Shown here one piece after another: positions 27,013 through 40,549 of a DNA stretch of 64,000 bases. Position 1 is the stretch's first letter, and each line of letters begins with the position of its first letter. The DNA is from Vitrella brassicaformis CCMP3155 (lineage: Eukaryota > Protista > Chromerida). Below the pieces are notes generated by a model. The model searched no databases. It had not been told where the DNA came from and saw only the letters and a list, made by a program, of their open reading frames with translations. The stretch is from NCBI GenBank assembly GCA_001179505.1, contig CDMY01000176.1, forward strand, positions 112,933 to 176,932, written 5' to 3'. The position numbers and the translations under genes were made by a program.

Positions 27013-27134
27013 GGTTAAGGCGATACGGGGGAAGGGGTGGAGACCACTGCATGAAGTGCTGAGACGGGGGGGGCCACCCCCCAGTCTCATGGCGTCAAAC
27101 CCTTCAACCCAAACCCTGGGCGCCGTTCTCAACT

Positions 27135-27806
27135 ATGTTTCTCCTTGAACGGGCAGCCCGACGGAAGGATTCGCGCACCATCCGTTCAGAACTCGCGCTC
27201 GACACAGGTCAGTTACCTTGGACGAAACGAAACTCGCCGTGCGTCTTTATCGCGCGTGTGTCATGTTGCTGTGTCCGCAGAAGAGAGTTTGGGTCTGCGT
27301 CGATGCCTGTCGCCCAGAGATCTGGTGGCATATGGGGTGCGCGCAGACCGTGGAACGCAGAGGCGACGAATCAATGATATCTGGGTCCGTCTTGCGTTGT
27401 CTTGTGTTCAGGTCTCGTGTACAGTGGGTGCGGGGATCTACCTTACAGCAGGCACGGCAGGCAAACAGCATGCAGGTCACTCAACACACCCTTATCCTCT
27501 CGCGGCTCGCCTGTTGCTAGCTGCCTGGGCGCGATTTGTGTGTGCGTGTGTGTGTGTGTGTCTGTCCATGTGCAGGGCCTGCGTTGTTTATATCGTTCAT
27601 CATCGGCGGTGTGATAGAGCCTCACCTCATCTGCACAACCTCACCTCATCATCACTACTTTGTCTGGCCTCACTGTCTTCAGGTGTGGCCTGCCTCATGA
27701 ACGCTCTTTGCTACTGTGAATTCGCCTCCAGGATACCCGCAGCAGGTAGGGCGAATGGGATGGATGGATGGACGGATGGGCAGACGGCCTGTATAGCTAT
27801 ATAATA

Positions 27807-27837
<31 letters not shown>

Positions 27838-28493
27838 GCAGGGAGTGCGTACAGCTATGCGTACAACACGCTTGGCGAGTGCAGCGCCTTCATCATGGGC
27901 TGGATCTTATTCCTCGAGTATGGAGTGTCGGCAGCAGTGACCTCCAGGTAAGGTACACCACACCAACAACCAAGCACAGCACCTACAGATGAAGACACTG
28001 ACACATCTTTCTTGCTCCCCTGCCTGCCCCACCCCAGGGGCGTGTCAGCCTACATCGAGGCCTTCTTCCACGCCTGTGGGTTGCCCCTGCCCCCCTTGCT
28101 GACCGACTACACCCCCCCTGGCCCCGCTGGCTACTTCTTCTCCTTCTCCCTGATCGCCCCGCTCACCAACCTCATCTGCACATTGATATGTGCGTGGGGG
28201 GCAGAGGAGTCAGTCACCTTCACCAAGGTTGCCACTATCGTCAACGTCGGCCTCATCGGCCTCTTCGTGGTGGCGGGGAGCTTCTTCTTCGATCCCAAAA
28301 ACTTCGTCCCGTTTGCGCCCTTTGGCGTCAATGGGGTGGTGCAGGGAGGGAGCCTGGCTGTCTTTTGTTTTATTGGCTTTGACGCTGTTTCATGCCTTGC
28401 TGAGGAGGTGCAGAAGCCACAAAGGGATATTCCGAGAGGTGAGCAGGGTGGATGGATGGGGCGGTGGATGGATGGGGCACATGCGCCACTCGT

Positions 28494-28524
<31 letters not shown>

Positions 28525-30178
28525 CAGCTCTCCTGGGCACATTGGCCAGTGTGACAGTGATGTACGCCCTGTGCGGGCTCGTGCTGAGCGGCATGGTGCC
28601 CCTGGCTGAGATGAGTGAAAGCGCCGCACTAGCCATGGTGAGAGGACACACAGACACACAACCAGACAGCCATCTTCCTTCTCGATTGCCTCGTCGCTTG
28701 TTTCTTTCTGTCTGTCCAGGCATTCGAGTACCACCATGCGCACTGGCTGTATTTCCTGGTGTCGCTGGGTGCCGTCACGACAAGCTTCTGGTCGGTGGGG
28801 TGGGAGGGTAAACCCTCGAACCCCTCGGTCATGGCCTTTCCCACTTGCCTGGTATGGCCTTCCTTTGTTTCTTCTTGACGCCTGTCAGCACCACGCTCAC
28901 CTGCCTGATGGGCCAGCCGCGGATCTTCTACCGTATGGCGCTGGACGGCCTGTGGTTGCGGGTCTTCGCCGATGTCAATCCGCGGACGCTGCTGCCCGCT
29001 AAGGTGGGTAGGTGTGCATTATGAGAGAGGTGTGTGTGTGTTAATCGATATGGTGTGAGATTGATATTGCTTCATAGGGGATTTGGATAACGGGAGCTGT
29101 GGTGATCCTCTTATCGGCGTGCATCAACTTCACCTTCCTGGTCAGGTCTTTCAGCCAGGCGCATCGGCAAACACACGGGGCTGCACGCCACCCATCTCAT
29201 GATCTGATCTGATGTGATTTAATGTGTCTCTCTGTGTCGCTGGTCTGCCCGCAGATCAACCTCATCTCGGCGGGTACCCTGCTGTCGTACGCCGTGGTGT
29301 GTGCGGGCATCCTGCTCGTGCGGTACATCCCCTCCCAGCCGCCCATCCTCCCACCCATCCCCGAAGAGGCAGACACAGCCACCGAGCAGCAAGTGACGGA
29401 GGCGTCGTTCACCAACCTCAACCTCACCACCAGCCTCACCACCACCATAACCATCCCCCCTCCCCCATCTCTGCCATCGCCGCCTTTCGTGGCCTCCCTC
29501 ATAGGGTCTTTCTTCCTGCTGGCCCTGCTGGCGGGGTATTCGCTGGCTTATCAATGGCCTCTTGCTGTGACGGTCGTCATATGGGTGTTGTTGCTGCTGG
29601 TGGTGGCGGCCTTTGTGGTCGTCGAGAGGCGGTTTCTCAAGTGGCGGGGGGCCAACGAGTTGCCCTCGGTGTCACATAGGAGTGGCGCTCCTGGTGGGGG
29701 GAGGAGCGATGTATCTCCTGGCCGCGCTGCTGCTGCTCCTGCTGCTGCTACTGCTGTTGGAGTTGGGGGAGCTGGGTTGACCACCAAGGCAGCGCGAATG
29801 CGGCGGAGTTTCAGCATGCAGGAGTGCTTCGAGTGTCCCGGGGTTCCCGTGGTGCCCCTTGTGGGCATCGTCATCGACGTCTACCTCATCGCCACCATGC
29901 GGCTGCCGATGCTCCTGGACCTCGCCACATACCTCCTGATTGGGTGTGGCTTCTATTTTCTCTATGGCGCTTTCCACTCGTCCCTCAACACGCCCCTGTC
30001 CACCACTTTGCCCTCTCTCAACACCACGGACGCCCCATCGCCCGACAACAACAACAGCAGTGTGGTCGACAATGTGCGAGGGGGCGATGCGGGTGGCGGG
30101 GGCAGCCCTCTGGCTGCCACCAGCCCCTCTATCGACAACCAGAAAGGAGTGCCGCTGCTGGCCGGGGCCAGCAGCTGA
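27135..30178 (+). CDS. Cationic amino acid transporter (APC superfamily, CAT/SLC7-like)
   Basis: Spliced motifs LRRCLSPRDLVAYGVSCTVGAGIY, ALCYCEFASRIPAAGSAYSYAY, FAPFGVNGVVQG..FCFIGFD..AEEVQKPQRDIP, QPRIFYRMALDGL and the C-terminal FECPGVPVVP. Confidence 0.93.
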
Positions 30179-31308
30179 GTGAGACAAAATGATGTGGCCG
30201 GGCCGGATGGGGTGGATTGGATGGTCGTGCGGGCACCGCGCGGAGGGGTGTTTTGTGTGTATGGTATGGTGTGGTGTGGCTGGTCGTTTCACACATACTC
30301 TTTTTGCTGTTTTGATAGCTCAGTTGTGACTGACAGTGGTAGTATAGGCTCAGTTGGTAGGCCTATTGGACCTTCCCCTTCCCCTCTTCTCCTCTCTCTT
30401 CTCCTCTGGTGGACTCTCTCTCCCTCTCTCTCTCTCGTGTGTCGCGTTGCCTTGTTCTGCCTTGCGTGCACCCCCCCCCCCCCCNNNNNNNNNNNNNNNN
30501 NNNNNNNNNNNNNNNNNNNNNNNNNNNNNNNNNNNNNNNNNNNNNNNNNNNNNNNNNNNNNNNNNNNNNNNNNNNNNNNNNNNNNNNNNNNNNNNNNNNN
30601 NNNNNNNNNNNNNNNNNNNNNNNNNNNNNNNNNNNNNNNNNNNNNNNNNNNNNNNNNNNNNNNNNNNNNNNNNNNNNNNNNNNNNNNNNNNNNNNNNNNN
30701 NNNNNNNNNNNNNNNNNNNNNNNNNNNNNNNNNNNNNNNNNNNNNNNNNNNNNNNNNNNNNNNNNNNNNNNNNNNNNNNNNNNNCCCCCCCCCCCCCCAC
30801 ACACAAGTGTATAGCTCGACCAGACAGAGGGGCATCAGACAGTGTGGTGTGGTGTGGTGTGGTCTGGCATGACGCGTGTCTGTCGATGTGTGTTGTGTAC
30901 TGACTGTATAGTGTGTCTGATCTGAGCGCAAGTCCGGTGCAGATCCCATCGGACAGTGTGCCATGCTGTGCTATGCTATGCTTTGCTCTGCTATGCTCAA
31001 CCGCACATGTGCTATGCTTCGGTGTCTCAGTCAGTGAGGTCACCTGCGTGCCTGCCTGTGTGTGCGTGTGTCCGTCCCGTCCCGTCCCGTCCAATCTCGA
31101 CAAATGGTTGGTTGAGGACCCCGTGTCTGTCTGTCTGTATGTGTGGAGGCATGGCATGGCATGGATGTGTGCTGCCTCAACGGTTTAAGAAACAAAAATA
31201 CACACCACTCTCAGGCCTGCACAAAACCTTTCTGGCTCTCCCTCCCCGCCCTACACAAACAACTCATCACATCACATCACACACACACAGCGAACACGAA
31301 TCCATCTA

Positions 31309-34300
31309 TCATGGATTCATGTCAGAATTCTCTGCGGCCCTGCCTAGTGCAGCCCTCTCGTCAGCCAAACCCACACGCCTCAGCAGCGCCTCTTCACACT
31401 CACTGACACCACCCCCACCCCAAGTCACTCCCCCACTGTGTACGACCATCGACGCCACCAGCAGAGACACAAACTCTACGAAATCGGTAAAGGTCAGCTC
31501 CATGTGCTGGGCGGGGAGGGCGGGGAGGTCCCGGCGGGCCGCCAGCTGACGGAGCACGGCCTGAACACACACACACACACACACACAGGGAGAGAGAGAG
31601 AGAGAGAGAGATGCGCTGTATGTCAGTCATGTCAGTCATGTCAATTACCGGTGCGTGCCTCTCTGGCGGCCACGGCCGGGTGAGCCCAAAGTCCTCGGCA
31701 AATCTCATGGCAGCACTCCCAGTCATGACGGCCATCCCGCCCCCATCTCCCCCCGCACGTCTCTTTGCGTACACATCGAACACGGCCATCAAGGCGTCGG
31801 GGTTTATCGCCTCCCACACCTGCTGCAGCACCTCGGCCGTCACCCGCAGCGGCCTTGTGTGGGGCTCAGGTAGGGCGCGGGAGGGGGGGGGACTGGCGGT
31901 GGTGTCTCCCTTCTCTGCTGCTGCTGCTGCTGCTGCTGTTGCTCGGACCTGGCGGGCCAGTGGCAGCAGCTTGGTGGTGAACAGCTGTTTTTGGGAGGAT
32001 ATCTGCGCGGCGCGAGAGAGCGAGAGAGAGAGAGAGAGAGGAGATGCTTGGTAGAGCTCATCTGCGTCACGGTGTTGTCACTGACAGGATCGTTGGATGG
32101 GTTTTCGATGGACGCGACGACGGCCAGGGCGTCCTTGAAGCTGGCGAAGGACATGACGGCCGCTGACCAACGACCAACAGAGAGAACGGTGAAACAGACT
32201 ACTCAAGCTCTGTCAGTGGTGCATGTCTGTCTCACTTTGGTTGCGAGCCGCTGCGTCGGCAGCCAGCTGATTTCTGCATCCATGGGAATGAACCACACAG
32301 GCGCCTGTGTGTCTCCATTGCGTCACATTTGTCTGGTTGTGGTGTCTCCCTACCTGAGTTGGTCCCTGTGTGTGGCGCAGAGCTGCCCGTCGTCACACAT
32401 CTTGAGCAAGGCCTCCTCGTCGATCCAGGATATATCCTCGATGGAGACGCCGTAGTGCGCAAACAGCACCCGCAACGTCGATCCACCCTGCAGACACAGC
32501 ACAGCACAGCATCTGTCCGTCTCCACACAGCTACAAAGCTGAGCTCACCCTTCAGCGGCTTTATCGTCGCTTTGCGCCTGCGTCGGCTGTGTGGGCTCTT
32601 CCCGACCACCCACTCCCACTCCCACTCCCTCCCCCATCTTTGGCGGTGTCCACAGCAGCCTCTCAGACCGCATCGCCGTATCCCCCACAGGCGGCAAGTC
32701 AGCATCACCCTTCTCGTAATCTGTGGTAAGGTCGGCGGTGGAGGTGGGGGAGGCAGCAATGCCGAAGCAGCCAGGGGTGCTTGCGCGGCGGGCAGCAGTG
32801 GAGGTGAGAGGGGCGGGGAGGGAATGGCAAAGCGAAACGGGCGGCCCGGAGGCGGCGGCCATCTCAGCTCAAAAGCTCCCATTCTCATGTCCTCGACCTT
32901 CCTCCGAGCCGCCCTGCCCCTCTGCACGCGCTGTATCGTGACTGCCGCATCCTCCCTCCGCCGTCTCTCCCTCTCCACTTCCCTCCCACCCAATGTGCTC
33001 ACTCTTCCCGCTGTGGTGCGCCGTCTCCTGATCTGCCGTCTGCCGCCACGATATGGCCGTCCCGGTGAGAGCTGCGGGGCCGGCCCGGGCGAAGATGGAG
33101 GGCCGAATGACAGCTGCTGGGCTGTGGGCGGGGCTGTGGCTCTCTCGAGGGCGTGGGGGGACCGTGTGTGTAGGTGTGATGGTGGGAGTGAGGGCGTCAT
33201 GCGGACGGAGGGGAGGCCGCGGGGGCCCTGCAGACGAGGCGTCATATGAGGGTCGGGCATACCCTGCACAGCACAAGAAGGAATGCTATTTGACATCTAT
33301 CGTGTGTGCATGTGTGTGTCAGAGTGCCTTGCGTGTCTCTGCTCACGTGTCTCGGCTGTGGCGTGAATGACGGTGGCGGCTCTCTTGGCGTCTTGCGGAG
33401 CTCAGCGGGGAGTGAGGGCTGGGTGACGGCTGTGGCAGGTGATCCGCCCAGCAGACTTTGATACTCGGACTCGAGGTCTCTTTGAAGCTGACACAACACA
33501 AGACACCACACGCGTAGAGAGAGATGTTTCCACTGTCTTGTCTTGTCGGTTCTGTGTGTGTGTGTGGTGTGTGTGGTGTGTGTGCGTGTGTTTGCCTACC
33601 TCTCCGACTCTGTGTGTGAGCCTCTGCAGGTGATGCTCCTGCACCAACGCCTGCAAGCACCACACATCCAGACATACACACCATACAGACGCACACACAC
33701 ACATGGATGCCGTGCTGTGTTGTGCTTCTGTCCACATACACACCATACACACCTTGTCTTTCTCCCTGATGGCCCTCCAGTAGTTGTGATGGATCACATC
33801 GGCCAAGGCCGCAGACCTCGCGTAGCGGTAGGCATAGCCCTGTCGAGACGCCTCAATCCCGTGGGCACTTCCTGCGCCCGCCCATCAGCCATCCCATCCA
33901 GTGTGGTGGGTGGGGGGGTGTGTGGATGTATGTATTGCTCACGGGCGAGTCTGTCCATCTCCTCTGCCTCCCGTGATCGCACTTGTCTGCCTGGGTGTGG
34001 CTGCTGCCTCCGTTGCCATGACGGGTTAGTCTTGAGGTCGTGCAGTGCCTCGTCGAAGCCCAATATCTTCAGACGAGCCCCCTGACAATCACAATCACAA
34101 GTACACAGACAGGCCGACAGTGAGAACGAAAGAACCTGTTATATCTGGTTGATTGCTGGCTGGTTTGTGTGCCTCTGGTGGCGGTATGTGTGGTGGTGGG
34201 GGGCGGTCGGGTGTCAGGACGAGTGGAGAGCCCCTGATGTGCTCGCCGTGGAGAAGAACTGCACAGACGCAGGGAGGCGGGCAGGGAGGGAGGGAGGGAG

Positions 34301-35990
34301 GGAGACAGGAAGGGAGACACACGCATCGCATGTGCGGTGCCTGTGTGTCTGGGTGTCTCTCCCTTCCTTCGTCACTCACTGTGCAGGACACATTTGAGGA
34401 AGGCGCATCCGTACTCAGGAAGAGCACAAAATGATATCGTGTACTGCATGGGATGAACATACCAACCATACAAACAAACAGCCCGCCAGCCATCCCGCAG
34501 ACACTCACTCACAAGATAACATACCTCTCCTCCCTCCCTCCCTCCCTTGCTCAGCTCACGGTTCCGTTTTCATTGTCGATGTTTCTGATGATGCGCATCG
34601 GCCCCACGCCCCGCACACCAAAGGGGTCCCCCCCACGCTGCAGCGGGTTGCCAAACCGATCACGGGCCTCTATATACACCTCCTGGACGCGACGCCACAA
34701 TATGATATGATCGATGCGTGGCGTGTGCAGTAGGTACCTGTGGGTGTCCGTCCACGCTAAATGTGGGAGGTACAGTGCCTTCAGGGAGACACAGCTGTGA
34801 TATCGACGCGAAGGCCTCGCCGGGCTCGATGGCAATGCCGAAGGGGAACCCTGTTCAGTCAGGATGGCGAGAGGGACATACACACATGCGCTGCGTCTGC
34901 ACGCACTAATCGTTCACCTGGCAAGGGCACAGGGGGGTTGGAGACCGTGTCCTCAATCAACACATACAGAAGGTAAAACCCCGGAGTTGTGCGCATGTAC
35001 CGAACCTGGCAGAACAAACCACACACACACGTCCTCCATCCCATCTTCCCCCGACAGACATGCACGACTGACCAGGTAAGTCCCGTTGCCGTTGTCCTGT
35101 ATGGCTGGCCGCGGCTCGATGCGGTCGCTGTCCCTCATGCCGTCCCCCTGCAGGATGGGCACGATCGGTGGTGTTGGCACCATGTCAGGGACATAGGCAT
35201 CCTCCGCCTCGCCCCCTGCTGGCTCATGTGGCTGCTGCTGCTGCTGCTGCTGCTCGCCAGGCAGGAGTTGTCTCTCGAGGTAGACGAACAGCTTCAGCCC
35301 GCCCTCCTGCATGCTGCGGCCGTGGCTGTCGACAGTGTACACCACAAACTGACAGACAGACAGACAGACATACAGACAGACAGAGAACGAAACATCCATC
35401 CATCTTTGTGTATCTGATCTACGTCGATCGTTGTGGTCTGTGATTGCATTGCCTACCTCCAGAGTGTCGCCCTCCCTCCCGCCCTTGAGCCCCCTCCCGT
35501 GCGCATAACACAGCTGCGGCTCGACCGTCGCGGCCGCCTCACACTCGCCTGTCTCGATATCCTACACACCACACCCGATGGGGGACAAATGGCCGCCACG
35601 CCGTCGATCCTTTCAGATTCACGCATACCATACCGCTGCTGCCTGTGGTGGCAGGGGCGGCAAATCGTCCCTTGGCAAGACAGCGTTGGAGGCGCTTTCC
35701 TGTACCTCCCGCAGCAGCGTCCCGAAGCGGACCGACGTGCCGAAGTCGGTCGACGGAGGGGCGATCTCTGCTGAGCCTCCTGGTCCACCGCCGGTGCGCA
35801 CGTGTTCATTCTCGAGATAGGCTGCACTTATTGACAGACAGCAAATCAGACAGTGGCTGCCACTGTCCTGGTGTGAGAGACGTGACGTGACTGACCCTGG
35901 AGCGAGTGGATTCTGTCGGCTTCATTGAGATCAGCAAATCCCACCTTCAGCGGTGTTAATGCCCCCTGCTCAAGTCGCACCAAAGACACA
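31309..35990 (-). CDS. Large protein: two filamin/Ig repeats, helical region, IQ motif and EF-hand-like C-terminus; 5' end uncertain
   Basis: Filamin repeats CYAHGRGLKGGREGDTLEFVVYTVDSHG..QDNGNGTY and EARDRFGNPLQRGGDPF..IDNENGTY..HGEHIRGSPL. IQ motif AAVTIQRVQRGRAARRKV. C-terminal MSFASFKDAL, MRFAEDFGL and LTFTDFVEFV segments. Continuity across all exons was only partly checked. Confidence 0.65.
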
Positions 35991-36368
35991 CGACGGGCTG
36001 GCAGTCAGTGCATGAACCATCACGGTTGCAATCCAACGTGCTCCTGACCCTTGAAGTTCCTGGAGACGGCTCTCGACCAGTGGATGTCATGGCAGTGCTG
36101 CAAAGGTCATACAGCGACAAAACGCACAGATGCGTGCAGCGCTGAAATTGTCAGCTCCCTGCAGTTTCCTGCGACAAACCTGTTTCGTTTGCGCTGGGGG
36201 CGAGACTGGGGGCGAGGAGCCCGCGGCATCATTTCCAACCCGATCTCTGATCTGGAAGCCGCTGCCATCGTTCGTGACGGCACATCAACGAACACTCTCT
36301 CGCCAAGAAAGAAGTCTCTGTCGGGCTTGAACCATTATTCAAGCCTTTTCCCCGGACAATTAATCACA

Positions 36369-37751
36369 ATGACGCGCCCCGAGGTCCACCCGAGGCGGCA
36401 GCTGCACGTGTCGGTCCTCACCATAGGTTTCCTGTACATCTTCCTCGAGTCCTTCACCCACACCCTCATCATCCCCATGGTCCCGCAAGTGCTCCCCCAC
36501 CTCACGCACACGGCGTACTCCATCCTCATCTCATCCAGAGCCTTCGCCACCGTCTTCCTGGTGCTGCCCGCAGGCGCGCTGACCGACAGGGTGGGCTGGC
36601 GGCGGCTGCTGATGCTGCCGCTGCTGCTGCAGATGGCGGGGGCGGTGATGTTCTTTGCCTACCCCAACTATGGGCTTTATCTGATGGCCCGGGTCGTCCA
36701 GGGCATTGCATCCTCCTTTGGGAACGTGGTGGCCCTTACGGGGGCAGCATCCACCCACACAGAGGAGAACAGGGGAGCGGCGTTCGGGGTGGTGCTGATG
36801 GGGGACTTCGGCTACTCGGTCGGCTCGACGCTGGGCGGCATTCTGTTCGACGCCGGGGGGCATCGGCTGCTGTTCGGGGTGCTGCTGATGATTATTGTGT
36901 CGTTCAGCGCTTTGGTCATTCTGCTGGTGCCGTGTCTACCGCCTGACCTGCAGCAAGAGGGAGGGGCTGCTGAAGGTGGAGAGGGGAGGAGTGAGAAAGG
37001 GGAGGTGCGGGAGAGAGGGGGTGGGGATGACGACTTGGGGCTGCTGGCGATGGCGCGGAACTTCCACCTCAATGTGACGCTGTATGGCATCTGGTGAGCC
37101 GTTTGTTCTGGGCGGGCGGCTGTGAATGCATGCAATGTGTGCAGATGATCTATGTGTCATGACATGGCATGGCATGGCATGGCTAGGTGTGGGTGGGGTT
37201 GTTTCATGGCGTCGCTGTCCTGGATGCCCCGCTACTGGGAGAAGGAGCTCCGCTTCTCAGCCACTAGAGCCGGTGTCCTCCTCAACCCCGCAACCATCGC
37301 ACGAGTACCCCCATCCCTCCCTCCCCCGATCTATATTTTTTTATGTCTCCCTTTCCTCCTCTCTGTGTCTGGTCTGCACTGCATCCCATCCACACAGCTG
37401 CTGGCCGCCCCGGTGATGGGCTTCCTCGTCAGCTACTGCCGTCTCCCGCCACAGCTCGCCCTTGCGTGTGCCAACCTGCTGTGCGGGGTGTCCTCTCTTC
37501 TACTGCTGGCCTTCCCGTCGGCCATAGCGCAGGCGTGCATCCTGGCTCTGCAGGGGTGGGGGACAGCAGCGGTGGACAGCGGTGGTTTGGTGACGGTGGT
37601 GAAGATAGTGCTGGAGGAGCGGGGGGTGGGGCGGGTGGGGACGGGGTATGCCCTCGAGGACGTGGCCTACAATGGGGGGATCATTTGGGGGCCGATCATC
37701 GTGGGCGGGGTGGTCCATCTTACTGACGACTACTGGTCAGAGAGAGGAACA

Positions 37752-37789
<38 letters not shown>

Positions 37790-38530
37790 CGGAGACACAT
37801 GTTCTTGGATGTGTCTCCGATTGTTGTCTGGATGCCTGGATGCAGGCTTGGTTTCTTCTGCATGGCGTTGCTGGCCTTCACCGGGAGCGCCCTCGTCTTC
37901 TACTCTTGGTCCACCTACCTCCCCCCGCCCGCCCGCTCTCCATCTATTCACCCCTGTCTCTCTGAGGAGGACACGGAGGGCCTCCTGCGCCGCCCCTCAC
38001 ACCACTCACGCGTCACACACTCTTCTGACGACTCGGGATCATCACCGAGCCCTCCTGTCAGCAAGCGGAACTCTTACCATCTGCGGGTCATGGACGAAGA
38101 CCATTACGGTGGGGGAGGGGGGTGGGCTGTGCTGGGTGGTGACCAGAGGAGGGCGGTCGGCAAGTCGATTCACGCGACGGTATATGGGAAGGTTCAGAGC
38201 ACGTCGCTGCTGCCTGTGGACGAGAACAGCGAGAGCACCGACAGCGAGACGGCGGACAGCGGAATGATAGAGATGGCAACGAGTGGTGGAGATGGGGGCC
38301 CCCACCGGCACCAACATGCGCACCACCAGCACCAGCACCAGCATGACAAGAGGGTGTCACTGGTGTGGTCGCCGAGACAGTCGTACGGGCACGACAGTGG
38401 GGAGGATGGGGCTGGTGGTGGTGGTGGTGAGGGTGAGGGTCGGCGCGTGTCTAGGGTGCGGACACAGCGGCTGAGTGTGTCGTCTGTGTTGCTCAGCAGT
38501 GGCATGGAAAGAAGACTCACTGTGCAATGA
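36369..38530 (+). CDS. Major facilitator superfamily transporter (DHA1/SLC18 vesicular amine transporter-like)
   Basis: MFS motif A GALTDRVGWRR, ARVVQGIASS, ENRGAAFG, multiple TM helices and a long disordered C-tail. Confidence 0.88.
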
Positions 38531-38707
38531 CTGACATGACATGGCACGACTTGACTGCATTCATTGACACACAATGATGCATTGGATTCTCATGTCTCAA
38601 GTACCTGAGTCACTCGCCTCGCCCAAAACACATATCAACACACAAACCCACACACACCCATCCTCCCACGCCAGCACTGCACCTTCCTGAACCCTCACTA
38701 TAATCAG

Positions 38708-40518
38708 TCAGTAGCCCTTCACATTGACCAGCGGCTGCAGCCGATGGACCACTTGCACCAGGCTCGCTTGGTTGCGCATAACCTCTCCCAGGTCCTTGTA
38801 CGCCGTGGGGGCCTCGTCCCTGACTTTTGGGTTCGTGTCGCACACAATGCCCTTCATCGACTGCACAAACTCACGCTGATCGACACACCGACACACACAC
38901 ACAGGTGAGCGGTTTGTTGGCTTTGGAGGCTTATTCACTCACTTGTGAGATGTGCTTGACGGCGGCTGTGCGGGACATCCTGCGTCCTGCCCCGTGTGAG
39001 CATGACTGCCAGCTGAGTGAGTTGCCCTTGCCCTCCACGATGTATGTGCCCGTGCCCATCGACCCGGGGATGATGCCCAGCTCCCCTGCACGGTCAGACA
39101 CACACAGGCCCGGGCCGAACACACGTGTGTGTGTGTGTGTGCGTGCGGTGCGGTGTGCTGCTGTCGTTCCTACCCGCCTTTGCTGACGTGGCGCCCTTGC
39201 GTGTGACGTAGAGATCCTCAGTCCGCTTCTCACCTGAGCACCACAGCACACAAGTCACGGGCCTGTGTGGCCGGGAGGTGTGTGTATGTGTGTGTGCGTG
39301 TGTGTGTGTGTGTCGGGAGGTGTGGGTGTCCACCTGTGTGAGGGTCGGTGTAGGTGCAGGTTTCGCATGTGCAGTAGTTGTGGTGGATGTTGACCGTCGA
39401 CGACCAGTCCGGCACCTTCCGAGTCACCTCCTGCATCACCTGCATCAATCGCATCAATCGGGGACGCCGGCCATTCATTCCTCGGTCGTGGCACTGACAC
39501 GACACACCTCAGTGATTGATCGACATGACATACATACCCTTGCGAAGGCCTTGATCATGAAGGAGCGGTTCATGAAGGCGTAGGCCTGGCAGAAACGCAT
39601 GTCGGCTAGGTAGTCCTGGCCCTCCTTGGTGTCCAGGTACAGAAAACTCAGACCTGCACCCATTCATCCGGCCATCCATCCATCGGTGAGAATGCACACA
39701 CACTTTCTCCGGCTCTCTCCCTCCCCTGCTGACTGACTGACCTTCTTTTGTGCCGCCCGTCTGCTTGGCCGCCAGTTGGTCGTAGTGCCGGGCGGTGATG
39801 TTGCCGATGTTCCTGCTGCCCGAGTGCAGCAGCATCCAAACATTATCGCTCTCGTCGTAGACCAGCTCGATGAAGTGGTTCCCGCCGCCTAGCGTCCCCA
39901 GCTGCAGCGTGTGTCTCCTGTCAAAGGTGTCCCGTATCCACGACGTCGGCTCACGCTCGGACATCAGCGACTTGGTCGCCTCCCGCGCCCCTGCTGGCTC
40001 TCTGTCATGGGAGTCAAACCCTGTGGACAGACAGCAGCCGGATGATAATGCAGCGCAGCAATGGTGTCACCTTCACCGCACCTACCCGTTGGAATGCTCA
40101 TCTTCAGCCCCTTCTGTATCTTTGCGAGCTGCCCGTCGGTGAGGTGGCTTCGCTTGAGGCCGCGGAGGGGCACAGCGCACATCCCGCAGCCGATGTCCAC
40201 ACCCACGGCGTTGGGGCAGATGGCGTCCCTTGCTGCATGAGCGGGTCGACACACACACAGTCACACACGAACACACACAGGGAGGGAGGTATTTATGCGC
40301 CGTGCCGCTGCAGCCAGGAATCTTTTCTCCAGGACGGGACGGCTGCTTGCGTACTTGCGAAGACTGATCCGATTGTGGCGCCTTTACCGAGGTGCACATC
40401 CGGCATGGCCGCCACGAAGCCCACCACAAAGGGCTTCTCCGCAAGGGCCACCAGCTGCCGATACGTGGCGTCATCATAGTCACTCGTGTAGCTGACACAC
40501 ACCCGCACAGACCACACA

Positions 40519-40549
<31 letters not shown>

